This document shows positions 39,599 through 49,665 of a DNA stretch of 64,000 nt, piece after piece. Numbering within the stretch: position 1 is the first letter of the stretch; every line of letters starts with the position of its first letter. The notes beneath the pieces were generated by a model. The model was not told where the DNA came from. It worked only from the letters and a program-made list of their open reading frames with translations, and did not search any database. A program made the translations under genes and the position numbers. The stretch spans positions 160,001 through 224,000 of the forward strand of contig CAVRAY010000001.1 in the NCBI GenBank assembly GCA_963719225.1. Direction: 5' to 3'. The DNA is from Thermoanaerobaculia bacterium. GTDB lineage: Bacteria > Acidobacteriota > Thermoanaerobaculia > UBA5066.

Positions 39599-40720
39599 TC
39601 AGAGCCAGAGGAAGGCCATCGCGACGATCGCGTAGACGACGAGGAGCTGCGCGCCCTCCAGCCAGTTCGACTCGCCGTCGGCGGCGATCTGGCCGGCGAT
39701 GAGGACGGAGACTCCGAGGACCGCGACCTCGAACGGGTTGAAGAAGAGCGTCATCTCCTTCCCGAACACGAGCGACACGAAGACGAGAAGAGGCGCGACG
39801 AAGAGCGCAATCTGCTGGCTCGAGCCGAGCGAGATCGCGAGAGAGAGCTCCATCCGGTTCTTCATGGCCGCCGAGACCGAGACGAGGTGCTCGGCCACGT
39901 TGCCGACGAGCGGAATGAGGACGACGCCGAGGAAGACCTCCGAGACGCCGGTGCGCCTCACGACGGGCTCGATCGCGCCGACGAGGAGCTCGGAGAGGAT
40001 CACCGTCGCGAGAGTCGAACCGACGAGGACGCCCACCGCCTTGCGGACGCTCCACGTGTTCCCCGGCGCGGTTGCTTCCTCGTGGGTCACGCCGACCTCG
40101 GGAGCGATCCCGCGCGAAGGCGTCCCGAGCGAGAAGACGAGCGAGAGGACGTAGACGAGGATCAGGACGGCCGCCACCCCGAGGGAGAGTCGGTCGAGGA
40201 GGGGGTCGGGCGACTCGGAGAGGAGCGGCAGGCGATGCTGAACCTTGTGAACGATCTCGAAGAGCGTCGGAATCAGGAGGCCGATGACGGAGAGCAGCAT
40301 CATCGTCGACGCCGTTCCCGCGGCCCGCGGATCGAAGCGCTGGAGGCCGTTCTTGAGGCCTCCGACGAGGAGCGAGAAGCCGAGGATCAGGAGAAGGTTT
40401 CCGAGGATCGAACCGACGATCGACGCTTTCACGAGCTCGACCTTGCCCGCCTTCAGCGCGACGACCGTGATGATGAGCTCGGCCGCGTTGCCGAGCGTCG
40501 CGTTCAGGAGCCCGCCCACGCGCTCGCCCGTCCGGTGCGCGAGCTGCTCCGTCGCCTCGCCCATCGCGCCCGCGAGCGGGAGAAGGCCGAGGCACGAGAA
40601 GGCGAAGACGAGCGCCGGCGCGTGAAGGAGCCACTCGGCGGCGAGCGCGAGCGGCACGAAGACGAGGAAGAAGCGGAGGATCTTCACCCCGTTGAGGCCG
40701 GCGGACGGCGGTCTCGCCAT
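39599..40720 (-). CDS. cax: Ca2+/H+ antiporter (CAX family)
   Basis: NATLGNAAE, GNVAEH, GSSQQIA, SNWLEG. Confidence 0.88.
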   Translation of the reverse strand: MARPPSAGLNGVKILRFFLVFVPLALAAEWLLHAPALVFAFSCLGLLPLAGAMGEATEQLAHRTGERVGGLLNATLGNAAELIITVVALKAGKVELVKASIVGSILGNLLLILGFSLLVGGLKNGLQRFDPRAAGTASTMMLLSVIGLLIPTLFEIVHKVQHRLPLLSESPDPLLDRLSLGVAAVLILVYVLSLVFSLGTPSRGIAPEVGVTHEEATAPGNTWSVRKAVGVLVGSTLATVILSELLVGAIEPVVRRTGVSEVFLGVVLIPLVGNVAEHLVSVSAAMKNRMELSLAISLGSSQQIALFVAPLLVFVSLVFGKEMTLFFNPFEVAVLGVSVLIAGQIAADGESNWLEGAQLLVVYAIVAMAFLWL

Positions 40721-40792
40721 TTCGGCGATTCTAACGGCGAGCTCGACCGCGCTCGCGGAGCGGGGGCGGTTCCTCTAGCATCCGAGGCCATC

Positions 40793-41656
40793 ATGGAAAA
40801 AACTGTCGAGGCCCGCCTGATCGCGGTCGTCGGCGCGGGAGCGATGGGGAGCGGCATCGCCCAGGTCGCGGCGACCTCGGGATTCAGGGTTCATCTCTCC
40901 GACGTTTCCGCAGCCGTCCTCGAGAAAGCCCTCCTCTCGATCCGGAAGAGCCTCGCGCGCCTCGTGAAAGCCGGGACGCTGACCGAAGAACGTGCCGCCG
41001 CGGCAATCTCGCGGATCTCGACGATGACGGACCCGGACGAGGCCGTGCGGGATGCCGAGGCCGTCGTCGAGGCCGTGCCGGAGAACCTCGCTCTCAAGAA
41101 GGAGGTCTTCCGCCGCCTCGACGCGGCGGCCCCTGCGGGGGCCCTCCTTCTTTCGAACACCTCCGAGCTCTCGATCGCCGAGATCGCCACCGCCACGAAT
41201 CGGCGGGATCGGGTCGCGGGGATGCACTGGTTCAACCCGCCTCCCCTGATGAAGCTGATCGAGATCGTCCGGGCGGCTGAGACCTCCGACGAGACGGTCG
41301 CGGCCGTCGAGGAGCTCTCCCGCCGGATGGGGAAGGAGACGGTCGTCTGCCGCGACGTCCGCGGCTTCATCACGTCGCGCGCGCTCGCGGCTCACGTCCT
41401 CGAATGTTTCCGGATCGCCGAGGAGGGGATCGCGACACCGAAGGACATCGACACGGCGATCCGTCTCGGCCTCAACTATCCGATGGGCCCGTTCGAGCTC
41501 GCGGATTACGTCGGTCTCGACGTCCTCGCCGCCGCCGCGCGCGGAATGGCCGAAGCGCACGGCGACCGCTTCGCGCCGCCCCGCATCCTCCTCGAGCGCG
41601 TCGAGAAGGGAGACCTCGGACGGAAGACGGGAAAAGGTTTCTACGACCATGAGTGA
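40793..41656 (+). CDS. 3-hydroxyacyl-CoA dehydrogenase
   Basis: GAGAMGSGIA, EAVPE, SNTS, MHWFNPP, PMGPFEL, GRKTGKGFY. Confidence 0.92.
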   Translation: MEKTVEARLIAVVGAGAMGSGIAQVAATSGFRVHLSDVSAAVLEKALLSIRKSLARLVKAGTLTEERAAAAISRISTMTDPDEAVRDAEAVVEAVPENLALKKEVFRRLDAAAPAGALLLSNTSELSIAEIATATNRRDRVAGMHWFNPPPLMKLIEIVRAAETSDETVAAVEELSRRMGKETVVCRDVRGFITSRALAAHVLECFRIAEEGIATPKDIDTAIRLGLNYPMGPFELADYVGLDVLAAAARGMAEAHGDRFAPPRILLERVEKGDLGRKTGKGFYDHE

Positions 41657-42845
41657 GACGGTTCTTCTCTCCTATGCGCGCACCGCTTTCGGAAAGTTCG
41701 GCGGCGCGCTGCGCGACGTGCCCGGTGTCGACCTGGCCGCCACGGCGATCGCAGGCGCCCTCGCGCGCGCAAGTGTCGATCCCGCCGACGTGGACGAGGT
41801 GTTCGGAGGCTGCTGCGCACCGGCCGAAGCCGGCGTCGTCGCGCCCGTCATCGCCAGACGGGCGCTCATGAAGGCGGGTCTTCCCGCGACCGTCCCGTCC
41901 CTGACGCTCGACCGGGCGTGCTGTTCCTCGATCGCCGCTCTCCAGATGGCCGATCGCGCGATCCGCGCGGGGGACGTCCGCATCGCCGTCGTCTTCGGCG
42001 TCGAGAACCTCTCGCGCGTCCCTCTCGTCGTCTCGCCGCGGGTGAGGTGGGGAACGCGCGTGGGACCCGTGACGCTGGAGGACGCGCTCCACCGGATGGA
42101 GTACGCCGAGGCGGCGCCCGTGTCCGTGGACGCCGGCGAGGTGGCCATGGAGCTCGGCATCGGCCGCGAGGAGCAGGACGCGTGGGCTCTGAGGTCCCAG
42201 CGAAACTACGCCCGGGCGCTCGCGGAGGGGATCCCGCAGGAGGAGATCGTCCCCCTCACGCTCGCGGGCGGGAAGCGCTTCGACGCCGACGAGCTCCCGA
42301 GGCCCGAGACAACGCTCGACGCGCTCGCAAAGCTCTCGACGATCTACGGCTCGCCGACGGTCACGGCGGGAAACGCTCCCGGCCTCGACGCCGGCGCGGC
42401 GGCGCTCGTCGTGATGTCGGCGGCAGAGGCGCGGCGGCGGGGCATTCTGCCGCTGGCCCGGCTTCTTTCGTACGCCGCCGTGGCGCTCCAGCCGCGGCGG
42501 ATGGCCGAGGCTCCGGCCGCGGCGGCGGAATGCGTGCTGGCGCGCGCCGGACTTCCTCTCGTTTCCCTCGACCGGGTCGAGATCAACGAGGCTTTCGCGG
42601 CGGTGCCGCTCGTCTCGACGAAGAAGCTTTGCTCAGACGACGCGGAAGAGCTCGCGGTTCTCCGCGAGAAGACGAACGCCGACGGCGGGGCGATCGCTCT
42701 CGGGCATCCGGTGGGAGCCTCCGGGGCGCGCATCGTGGGAACGCTCGCGCTGGCCCTCAGGAGGCGCGGCGGCGGACGCGGGCTCGCGGCGATCTGCGGG
42801 GGCCTCGCCCAGGGCGACGCCGCCCTCCTCGAGGTCGACGCGTGA
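41649..42845 (+). CDS. thiolase (acetyl-CoA acyltransferase)
   Basis: RACCSS, INEAFA, GHPVGASG, AAICGG. Confidence 0.92.
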   Translation: MSETVLLSYARTAFGKFGGALRDVPGVDLAATAIAGALARASVDPADVDEVFGGCCAPAEAGVVAPVIARRALMKAGLPATVPSLTLDRACCSSIAALQMADRAIRAGDVRIAVVFGVENLSRVPLVVSPRVRWGTRVGPVTLEDALHRMEYAEAAPVSVDAGEVAMELGIGREEQDAWALRSQRNYARALAEGIPQEEIVPLTLAGGKRFDADELPRPETTLDALAKLSTIYGSPTVTAGNAPGLDAGAAALVVMSAAEARRRGILPLARLLSYAAVALQPRRMAEAPAAAAECVLARAGLPLVSLDRVEINEAFAAVPLVSTKKLCSDDAEELAVLREKTNADGGAIALGHPVGASGARIVGTLALALRRRGGGRGLAAICGGLAQGDAALLEVDA

Positions 42846-43885
42846 GGGCGAACTTCGGGCGTCCCCTTTCGGGAATCCGCGTCGTCGACCTGACGTCGCT
42901 CCTGCCGGGAGGCCTCGCGACACGCCTCCTCGGCGATCTGGGCGCGGAGGTCGTTAAGATCGAGCCCCCGGGGGGCGAGGCCGGGCGCCGCTTTCCGCCT
43001 CTCGCCGACGGAGTCAGCGTCTACTACCGGCTCACGGCGGGCGGCAAGAAGGTGCGCTTTCTCGATCTGAAGGCGTCGAAGGGGCGTGCGGCGCTGCGCC
43101 GCCTCGTGGCCCGCGCCGACGTCCTGATTCACTCCCTGAGACCGGGCGCCATCCGGAGGCTCTCGCTCTCGGCGCGCGACGTCGCCGCATGGAATCCACG
43201 TCTCGTGCAGGTTCGCATCGCGGGCTTTCGCCGTTCGGAAAAGGCCGGCCACGACGCGAACTTTCTCGCCTCGTCGGGCCTCCTCGACCTGAACCGCGAC
43301 GCGCGCGGGCGACCCGTCATCCCGAGGTTCCAGATCCCGGACGTCGCCGGCGGGACGTGGCCCGCCGTGACGGCGGTTCTGACGGGCCTCCTCGAGCGGG
43401 AAAGGACGGGCCGGGCCACGGCCGCGACCGTGTCTCTCCACGAAGGGAGCCTCGCGCTCCTCTCGTTCGGCGCCGCGGAGTACCTCGCGACGGGGCGTGA
43501 GTCGAGCGGCGGCGCTCTCGTGACGTCCGAGCTCCATCCCTGCTACGGCCTTTATCCGACGAAGGATGGGCGATTCCTCGCGGTGGCCTGCATCGAGTCC
43601 AAGTTCTGGAACGGTTTCTGTGCGGCCCTCGGTTTGCCGGAGCTCGTCCCCTTGCAGTACGCCACGGGCGCGGCGGGACGACGCGCAAGGCGGCGTCTCG
43701 CCGGGGCAACGAGGCGCCGGACGCTCGCGGAGTGGGCCAGGCGGCTCGAATCTCTCGACGTCTGCGTGACGCCGGTCGCGACGCTCGCCGAGGCCGTGAA
43801 AGAAGAGCTCCGGCTGGAGAAAGGCCGCGGCGTCTTCCGCCGGGGCCGCGACGGTCGCTACGAGATCGTCCCGAGGATCCGCTGA
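42842..43885 (+). CDS. CaiB/BaiF family III CoA-transferase
   Basis: PLSGIRVVDL, DLGAEVVKIEPP, AGHDAN; GTG start at 42842. Confidence 0.88.
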   Translation: MRANFGRPLSGIRVVDLTSLLPGGLATRLLGDLGAEVVKIEPPGGEAGRRFPPLADGVSVYYRLTAGGKKVRFLDLKASKGRAALRRLVARADVLIHSLRPGAIRRLSLSARDVAAWNPRLVQVRIAGFRRSEKAGHDANFLASSGLLDLNRDARGRPVIPRFQIPDVAGGTWPAVTAVLTGLLERERTGRATAATVSLHEGSLALLSFGAAEYLATGRESSGGALVTSELHPCYGLYPTKDGRFLAVACIESKFWNGFCAALGLPELVPLQYATGAAGRRARRRLAGATRRRTLAEWARRLESLDVCVTPVATLAEAVKEELRLEKGRGVFRRGRDGRYEIVPRIR

Positions 43886-45028
43886 GTGAAGCCGCTCTTC
43901 GAGGACCTCCGCACGGACGAGCAGCGAGCCCTGGCCGAGACGGTGCGCCGCTTCGTGAGCGCGGAGGTCCGGCCGTATCTCGCCGCCTCGCCGAAGGACG
44001 AATTTCCGCGCGCACTCTTCTCGCGGCTCTGCGCGATGGGCCTCGGGGGCATCCCGTTCCCGGCCGAATATGGCGGGGCAGGCGCCGACTACACGAGCTA
44101 CGCGCTCGTCCTCGAAGAGCTGGCCGTCGCCGGCGGCGCCCTCGCGGGAACGCTTTCCGTCCACGGACTGCCGCAGCTCATCCTGAATCGGTTCGGAACC
44201 GAAGAGCAGAAGCGACGATATCTCCCGCGTCTCGCGGCGGGAGAGCTCCTCGGAGCCTTCGCCCTGACCGAGCCGGAGACGGGCTCCGACGCGGCGGCGA
44301 TCGCGACGCGCGCGGCAGCCGACAAGGACGGCTTCCTCCTCCACGGGAACAAGGCCTGGATCACGCACGCGACGGTGGCCGACCTCTTCGTCGTCTTCGC
44401 GCGGACGGACGAGAAGGAGATCTCGGCGTTCCTCGTCGAGAAGACCGCCCCAGGCTTCACGCCTCTTCCGCCCGAGAGGAAGCTGGGCCTCCGTCGATCG
44501 CCCACCGGTGCGCTCTCCCTCGCCGGCGTGCGCGTGCCGGCCGACGCGCTCGTGGGCCGGCCGGGGGACGGGCTTGGAATCGCCCTGACGGCCCTCGACT
44601 CGGGCCGCATCACGATCGGCGCGCTCGCGGTCGGCCTCTGCCGGGGGGCCCTCGACGCCGCGATCGGCTACGTGCGGACGCGGAAGGCGTTCGGGCGGCC
44701 GCTGGAGAAGAACGACGTCGTGAGGGCCCGCCTCGCCGAGATGGCGGCGCGATGCGAGGCGGCGGCCGCGCTCGTGCGGGAAGCCGCGCGCCTCCGCGAT
44801 CTCGACCGGCCGTTCACGGCCGCGGCCGCGGCGGCGAAGCTCGTCGCCACCGACGCGGCTCTCTTCGTGACGGCCGAGGCGGTCCAGCTCTGCGGCGCGA
44901 CCGGCGTCTCCGAGGAGTTTCCCGCCATCCACCTCTTCAACGACGCGAAGATCGCACAAATCGTCGAGGGCGCCAACGACGTGCAACGGATGGTCCTGGC
45001 GCGGGCGCTCCTGGGCTCGCCTTCGTGA
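43886..45028 (+). CDS. acyl-CoA dehydrogenase
   Basis: FALTEPETGSDA, KAWIT, IVEGANDVQR. Confidence 0.92.
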   Translation: MKPLFEDLRTDEQRALAETVRRFVSAEVRPYLAASPKDEFPRALFSRLCAMGLGGIPFPAEYGGAGADYTSYALVLEELAVAGGALAGTLSVHGLPQLILNRFGTEEQKRRYLPRLAAGELLGAFALTEPETGSDAAAIATRAAADKDGFLLHGNKAWITHATVADLFVVFARTDEKEISAFLVEKTAPGFTPLPPERKLGLRRSPTGALSLAGVRVPADALVGRPGDGLGIALTALDSGRITIGALAVGLCRGALDAAIGYVRTRKAFGRPLEKNDVVRARLAEMAARCEAAAALVREAARLRDLDRPFTAAAAAAKLVATDAALFVTAEAVQLCGATGVSEEFPAIHLFNDAKIAQIVEGANDVQRMVLARALLGSPS

Positions 45029-45040
45029 AAGGAGAGACCG

Positions 45041-45532
45041 CTACTTCTTGGGCGCGTCCGCCGGCTTGAGGTCGAATTTCCCGTTCACGACCGCGAAGAT
45101 GACGCACCCGTCGGCACTTCCGGCGTCGCACTTTGTCACGTGCTTCACCGTGTGGGGTTCGTACTCGTAGGAGCCGGGCGGGAGCTTCCTCTCCGACTCG
45201 CCCTCCGTTGACGCGACCATCGTTCCCGAGACGACCGCGAAGCGGATGTCCGACGAGTGCGTGTGGAGCGGGGCCGTGAATCCCGGCTTGAACTTGTGGA
45301 AGGCGCCATGGGGTCCCTTGGCCGGATCACCCCAGACCACCGCCATCATGACGTCGGCGTTGGCCGGGTTGGGGACCCATTTCAGCTCGTCGGGTGTCAT
45401 GGTCACGAGCTTGGCGGGCTTCGCGGCGGGTTTCGCCTTTGCAGCACCCGCCTTCGCCTCGTCCGCAAGAGCCGCGGGAGCAAAGAGGGCAACCGCGAGG
45501 ACCATGAGCAGGGTCTTGAGAGCGACTTTCAT
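45041..45532 (-). CDS. exported cupin (DUF4437-like)
   Basis: Signal peptide; WGDP, PLHTHS, PGSY..H; AGGAGG RBS. Confidence 0.8.
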   Translation of the reverse strand: MKVALKTLLMVLAVALFAPAALADEAKAGAAKAKPAAKPAKLVTMTPDELKWVPNPANADVMMAVVWGDPAKGPHGAFHKFKPGFTAPLHTHSSDIRFAVVSGTMVASTEGESERKLPPGSYEYEPHTVKHVTKCDAGSADGCVIFAVVNGKFDLKPADAPKK

Positions 45533-45640
45533 GACGCCTCCTTTTCAGAATGCGAATCATATGCGCCCCCTGTTCCGGGAGCGCTGGCCGCCGGCCGGAG
45601 GCACAGCTGTCGGAAGACATACAATCACACCAGGTCTTCC

Positions 45641-48241
45641 ATGGCACTCGTTGCGGGACAAAAACTTGGCCCTTACGAGATCCTTGCGCCGCTCGGCGCC
45701 GGAGGGATGGGCGAGGTCTATCGCGCGCGAGACTCGCGGTTGCGGCGCGAGGTCGCGATCAAAGTGCTTCCGCCGGAGCTTGCCGCCGATCCCGACCGGA
45801 ACCAGCGTTTCGAGCAGGAGGCGCGCGCGGCCTCCGGCCTGAACCACCACAACATCGTCACGATCCACGACATCGGGTCCTCCGACTCCACCGTCTTCAT
45901 CGCGATGGAGCTCGTCGACGGGAAGACGCTACGGGAGATCCTGCGGGCCGGTGCGCTTCCGACCCGACGTCTGCTCGACATCGCCGGCCAGGTCGCCGAC
46001 GGGCTCGCCAAGGCGCACGCCGCCGGGATCGTCCATCGGGACCTGAAGCCCGAGAACGTGATGATCTCGAAGGACGGCGTCGTCAAGATCCTCGACTTCG
46101 GCCTCGCGAAGCTCCTGAAGGACCAGCCCGAGGAAGGCACCGACATTCCGACGGCGACGCGCGCCGGCACGGTGATGGGGACGGTCGGGTACATGTCTCC
46201 GGAGCAGGCGAGCGGAAAGCCGGTCGATTTCCGGTCGGACCAGTTCTCTCTCGGGTCGATCTTCTACGAGATGGCGACGGGCAAGCGCGCCTTCGAGCGC
46301 GGGACGACTGCGGAGACCCTCACGGCGATCATCCGCGAGGAGGCAGACCCGGTCGAGAAGCTGAACGCGAACGTGCCCGCGCCGTTCCGTTGGCTCGTGG
46401 AACGGTGCCTGCAGAAGGATCCCGAAGAGCGCTACGCCTCGACGCGCGATCTCGCCCGCGACCTGAAGAGCATCCGCGAGCACCTCTCCGACGCGTCCGT
46501 CGCCGTGTCCGGAGCGGTTTCGGGCCGGCCGGGAGCGGCGCCTCCGGCTCTTCGGCGGCGCTCGGCGCGGGCGGCGGTTTTCGTGGCGGCTCTGCTCGCG
46601 GCTCTCGCCGCCGGGGCGCTTCTCCAGAAGCGCTTCGCGCGGTCCGCGCCGCCCTCCTACCAACAGATCACCTTCGGTAGCGGCACGATCCGTTCGGCGC
46701 GCTTCGCACCGGACGGGCAGACGATCGTCTTCAGCGCGGGCTGGGACGGCGGCCCGCTCAAGCTCTTCCTCAAGCACCCCTCCAGCCCGGACTCTCTGCC
46801 GCTGGCTCTTCCGAGCGCCAACCTGCTCGGGATCTCGCCCTCGGGTGAGATGGCGATCGCGGTCGACTGCCGGTCGAACCACCCGGGGGTCTGCGCCGGC
46901 ACGCTGGCACGCGCCGCCCTGACCGGCGGATCCCCCCGCGACGTGGCGGACGGAATCCAGGAAGTCGACTGGGCGTCGGACGGAGCGACGATGCTCGTGG
47001 TGCGCGACGTCGGCGGGAAGGCCCGTATCGAGTTCCCGATGGGAAAGGTCCTCTACGAGACCTCGGGGCACGTCAGCTACGCGCGCCTGTCGCCGAAGGG
47101 CGACCGGATCGCCTTTCTCGACCACCCTTTTCCGCTCGACGACGCGGGAACGGTCGCGGTCATCGACCTCGCGGGGAAGAAGACGAGGCTGACGGGCCAA
47201 TGGGCGAGCGAGCACGGGCTCGCGTGGGCGCCCTCGGGTCGCGAAGTCTGGTTCACGGCCACGGAAGCCGGCGCGAACCGCTCGCTCTACGCGGTGACGC
47301 TTTCGGGGCACCTGCGCGTCGTGACGCGCGTGCCCGGCGGTCTGAAGCTCCACGACGTCGCCAGGAGCGGGAAGGTCCTCCTGACGCGCGAGAGCCCGCG
47401 CGTCGGAATCCTCGGCATGCTCCAGGGAGACGCGCGCGAGCACGACATGTCGTTCCTCGACTACTCGTTCGCCGCGGACCTCTCGGCCGACGCGCGGCTG
47501 CTCCTCTTCGACGAGGAAGGGGAGGCGGGAGGCGCGAACTACACCGTCTATCTGCGCAAGTCCGACCACTCTCCGGTCGTCCGGCTGGGCGAGGGAAACG
47601 CGCTGGCCCTTTCGCCGGACGGCAAGTGGGCGCTTTCGATCCTGCCGCTGCCCAATTCCCCGTTCCGCCTCCTGCCGACGGGAACGGGAGAGCACCGGGA
47701 GCTGGCGCTGCCGGGCCTCAGCGCGGAACAGGCCGCGACGTGGTTCGTCGACAGCAAGCGAATCGTCTTTGCGGCGAGCGAACCCGGCCACGGCGTCAGG
47801 CTCTTCGTGCAGGAGATCGACGGAGGAAGGCCGCGGCCCGTCACGCCAGAGGGGGTCTCGACGGCTCTTCCGGGCTTCGCCGTTTCTCCCGACGAGAAGT
47901 CCGTCGCGGCGGTCGGGCCGGAGCAGAAGGGCGCGCTCTTTCCCGTGGAGGGAGGCGGCGCGGCGCGGCCGATTCCCGGTCTTCTTCCCGGCGAGTTCCC
48001 GCTGCGGTTTTCGCCGGACGGCCGCTCGCTCTACGTCTGGAAGCGCGGAGATCTGCCCGCGCGCATCACGCGCCTCGACCTCGAGACCGGCAAGCGCGAC
48101 GTCTGGAAGGACCTGCTCCCGGCTGACCCGGCGGGCGTCGAACGCATCTCGAACGTCCTCGTCACGCCGGACGCAAAGGGCTATGCGTACTGCTACGCAC
48201 GCTTGTTGTCCGATCTCTTCGTCGTCGAGGGCCTGAAGTAG
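45641..48241 (+). CDS. Ser/Thr kinase-TM-TolB/PD40 beta-propeller
   Basis: MALVAGQKLGPYEIL, HRDLKPEN, DFG, repeated (S/A/T)PDG motifs. Confidence 0.92.
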   Translation: MALVAGQKLGPYEILAPLGAGGMGEVYRARDSRLRREVAIKVLPPELAADPDRNQRFEQEARAASGLNHHNIVTIHDIGSSDSTVFIAMELVDGKTLREILRAGALPTRRLLDIAGQVADGLAKAHAAGIVHRDLKPENVMISKDGVVKILDFGLAKLLKDQPEEGTDIPTATRAGTVMGTVGYMSPEQASGKPVDFRSDQFSLGSIFYEMATGKRAFERGTTAETLTAIIREEADPVEKLNANVPAPFRWLVERCLQKDPEERYASTRDLARDLKSIREHLSDASVAVSGAVSGRPGAAPPALRRRSARAAVFVAALLAALAAGALLQKRFARSAPPSYQQITFGSGTIRSARFAPDGQTIVFSAGWDGGPLKLFLKHPSSPDSLPLALPSANLLGISPSGEMAIAVDCRSNHPGVCAGTLARAALTGGSPRDVADGIQEVDWASDGATMLVVRDVGGKARIEFPMGKVLYETSGHVSYARLSPKGDRIAFLDHPFPLDDAGTVAVIDLAGKKTRLTGQWASEHGLAWAPSGREVWFTATEAGANRSLYAVTLSGHLRVVTRVPGGLKLHDVARSGKVLLTRESPRVGILGMLQGDAREHDMSFLDYSFAADLSADARLLLFDEEGEAGGANYTVYLRKSDHSPVVRLGEGNALALSPDGKWALSILPLPNSPFRLLPTGTGEHRELALPGLSAEQAATWFVDSKRIVFAASEPGHGVRLFVQEIDGGRPRPVTPEGVSTALPGFAVSPDEKSVAAVGPEQKGALFPVEGGGAARPIPGLLPGEFPLRFSPDGRSLYVWKRGDLPARITRLDLETGKRDVWKDLLPADPAGVERISNVLVTPDAKGYAYCYARLLSDLFVVEGLK

Positions 48242-48244
48242 CTT

Positions 48245-48622
48245 CTATTTCAGAAGCGAGGCCAGCTCTTTCCGGACCTCGTCCATCTTGACCGTGTGGT
48301 CCGGCTGCTTGAAGAGCACGTCCCCCTTCGCGGAGCGAACCACGAGCCCGTGGTTCTCGAATCCGAGCTCCTTGATCTGCATCTTCGAGTCGGGGGTGGT
48401 CGCATCGACGTTCCTCGCGACGACCTTTCCCGGGAATTCCTTCTCGAGCCCGCTCACGGCAGGCTTCACTTTCGCGCAAACGGGTCAACCCGGCAGGAAG
48501 AAGTAGGTCACCTCCACGGGCTTCGCCACGGCCGCGCCGGCCTTCGTCTCGTCGGCGTGCGCGGCGGGCGCGAGAAAAGCCGCCACGAGAGCGACCAGGA
48601 CGATTCTGAAAGAGGCCTTCAT
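48245..48622 (-). CDS. exported thioredoxin-like selenoprotein (UxxC)
   Basis: Signal peptide, then YFFLPG-TGA(48485-48487)-PVC continuing in frame into the 48245-48469 ORF; hairpin downstream of the TGA. Confidence 0.8.
48447..48465 (-). promoter_or_regulatory. putative bacterial SECIS element
   Basis: AGCCUGC-CGUGA-GCGGGCU stem-loop; loop starts 26 nt after the UGA and has G at position 2. Confidence 0.6.
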
Positions 48623-48773
48623 GACGCACCTCCTTTTGAGAATGCGTATCATATGCGCTCCTTCGAAGACGGAACGGCGAGGTTCAGAGCCGGCCGTTCG
48701 CGCACGAGGCGAGGAAGATCCGGCGAGGAGCATCGGAGGCGGCGGGCGGTAGAATCGCGGAAAAGGTGGACAG

Positions 48774-49649
48774 ATGTCGCTCTTCATGAAGTTCAACCTG
48801 ATCCTGATTCTCGTTTTTGCGGTCGCGCTCGTTCCGGCGGGCTACATCTCGAACAGCCTGCTCCAGAAAAACGCACGGACGCAGATCGTCCAGAACGCGC
48901 GGATCATGATGCAGACGGCGATGGCGACCCGGGGCTACACGGTCAAGCAGATCAAGCCGCTCCTGGCGCCGCGCCTCGCGGACGAGTTCCTGCCGCAGTC
49001 GGTCCCCGCCTATTCGGCGACGGAGATCTTCAATTACCTGCGCGAGAAGAATCCCGAGTACACGTACAAGGAAGCCACGCTCAACCCGACGAACCCGCGC
49101 GATCGGACGGTCGACTGGGAAGCGGACATCGTGAACGCGTTCCGCGCGAACGAGAAGCTCCCGGAGCTCATGGGCGAGCGCGACACATCCCTCGGGCGCG
49201 CGCTTTACCTCGCGCACCCCCTCAAGATCACGGACGCGGCCTGCCTTTCGTGCCACACGACGCCGGACGTGGCGCCGGCGTCCCAGGTGAGAGCCTACGG
49301 CACGAGGGGCGGCTACGGCTGGAAGCTGAACGAGATCATCGGCGCGCAGATCGTCTCCGTGCCCATGAACGTACCGATCGCCCTCGCGGACAAGGCGTTC
49401 AAGACGCTCCTGGGCTCCCTGGTCGCGGTCTTCGCGAGCATCCTCGTCGTCCTCAATATCTTGCTCTGGCTCGTGGTCATCCGGCCGATCAAGCGTCTCT
49501 CGCAAATGGCGGACCAGGTGTCGACGGGCAATCTCGACGTCCCCGAGGTGACCGTGAAGGGGTCGGACGAGGTCGCGGTGCTTTCGGGGTCGTTCAACCG
49601 GATGCGGATCAGCCTGACGAAGGCGCTCAAGATGCTCGAGGGCGAGTAA
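48774..49649 (+). CDS. membrane c-type heme (DUF3365/Tll0287-like) protein with HAMP domain
   Basis: TM, YKEATLNPTNPRD, CLSCH, TM, HAMP (DEVAVLSGSFNRM). Confidence 0.85.
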   Translation: MSLFMKFNLILILVFAVALVPAGYISNSLLQKNARTQIVQNARIMMQTAMATRGYTVKQIKPLLAPRLADEFLPQSVPAYSATEIFNYLREKNPEYTYKEATLNPTNPRDRTVDWEADIVNAFRANEKLPELMGERDTSLGRALYLAHPLKITDAACLSCHTTPDVAPASQVRAYGTRGGYGWKLNEIIGAQIVSVPMNVPIALADKAFKTLLGSLVAVFASILVVLNILLWLVVIRPIKRLSQMADQVSTGNLDVPEVTVKGSDEVAVLSGSFNRMRISLTKALKMLEGE

Positions 49650-49665
49650 GGCCGGACGTCCTCGG

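Noticed and set aside
40793-45028. Acyl-CoA operon as a novel pathway
   Set aside because: Ordinary beta-oxidation-type set (HAD, thiolase, CoA-transferase, ACAD); substrate cannot be inferred from sequence.
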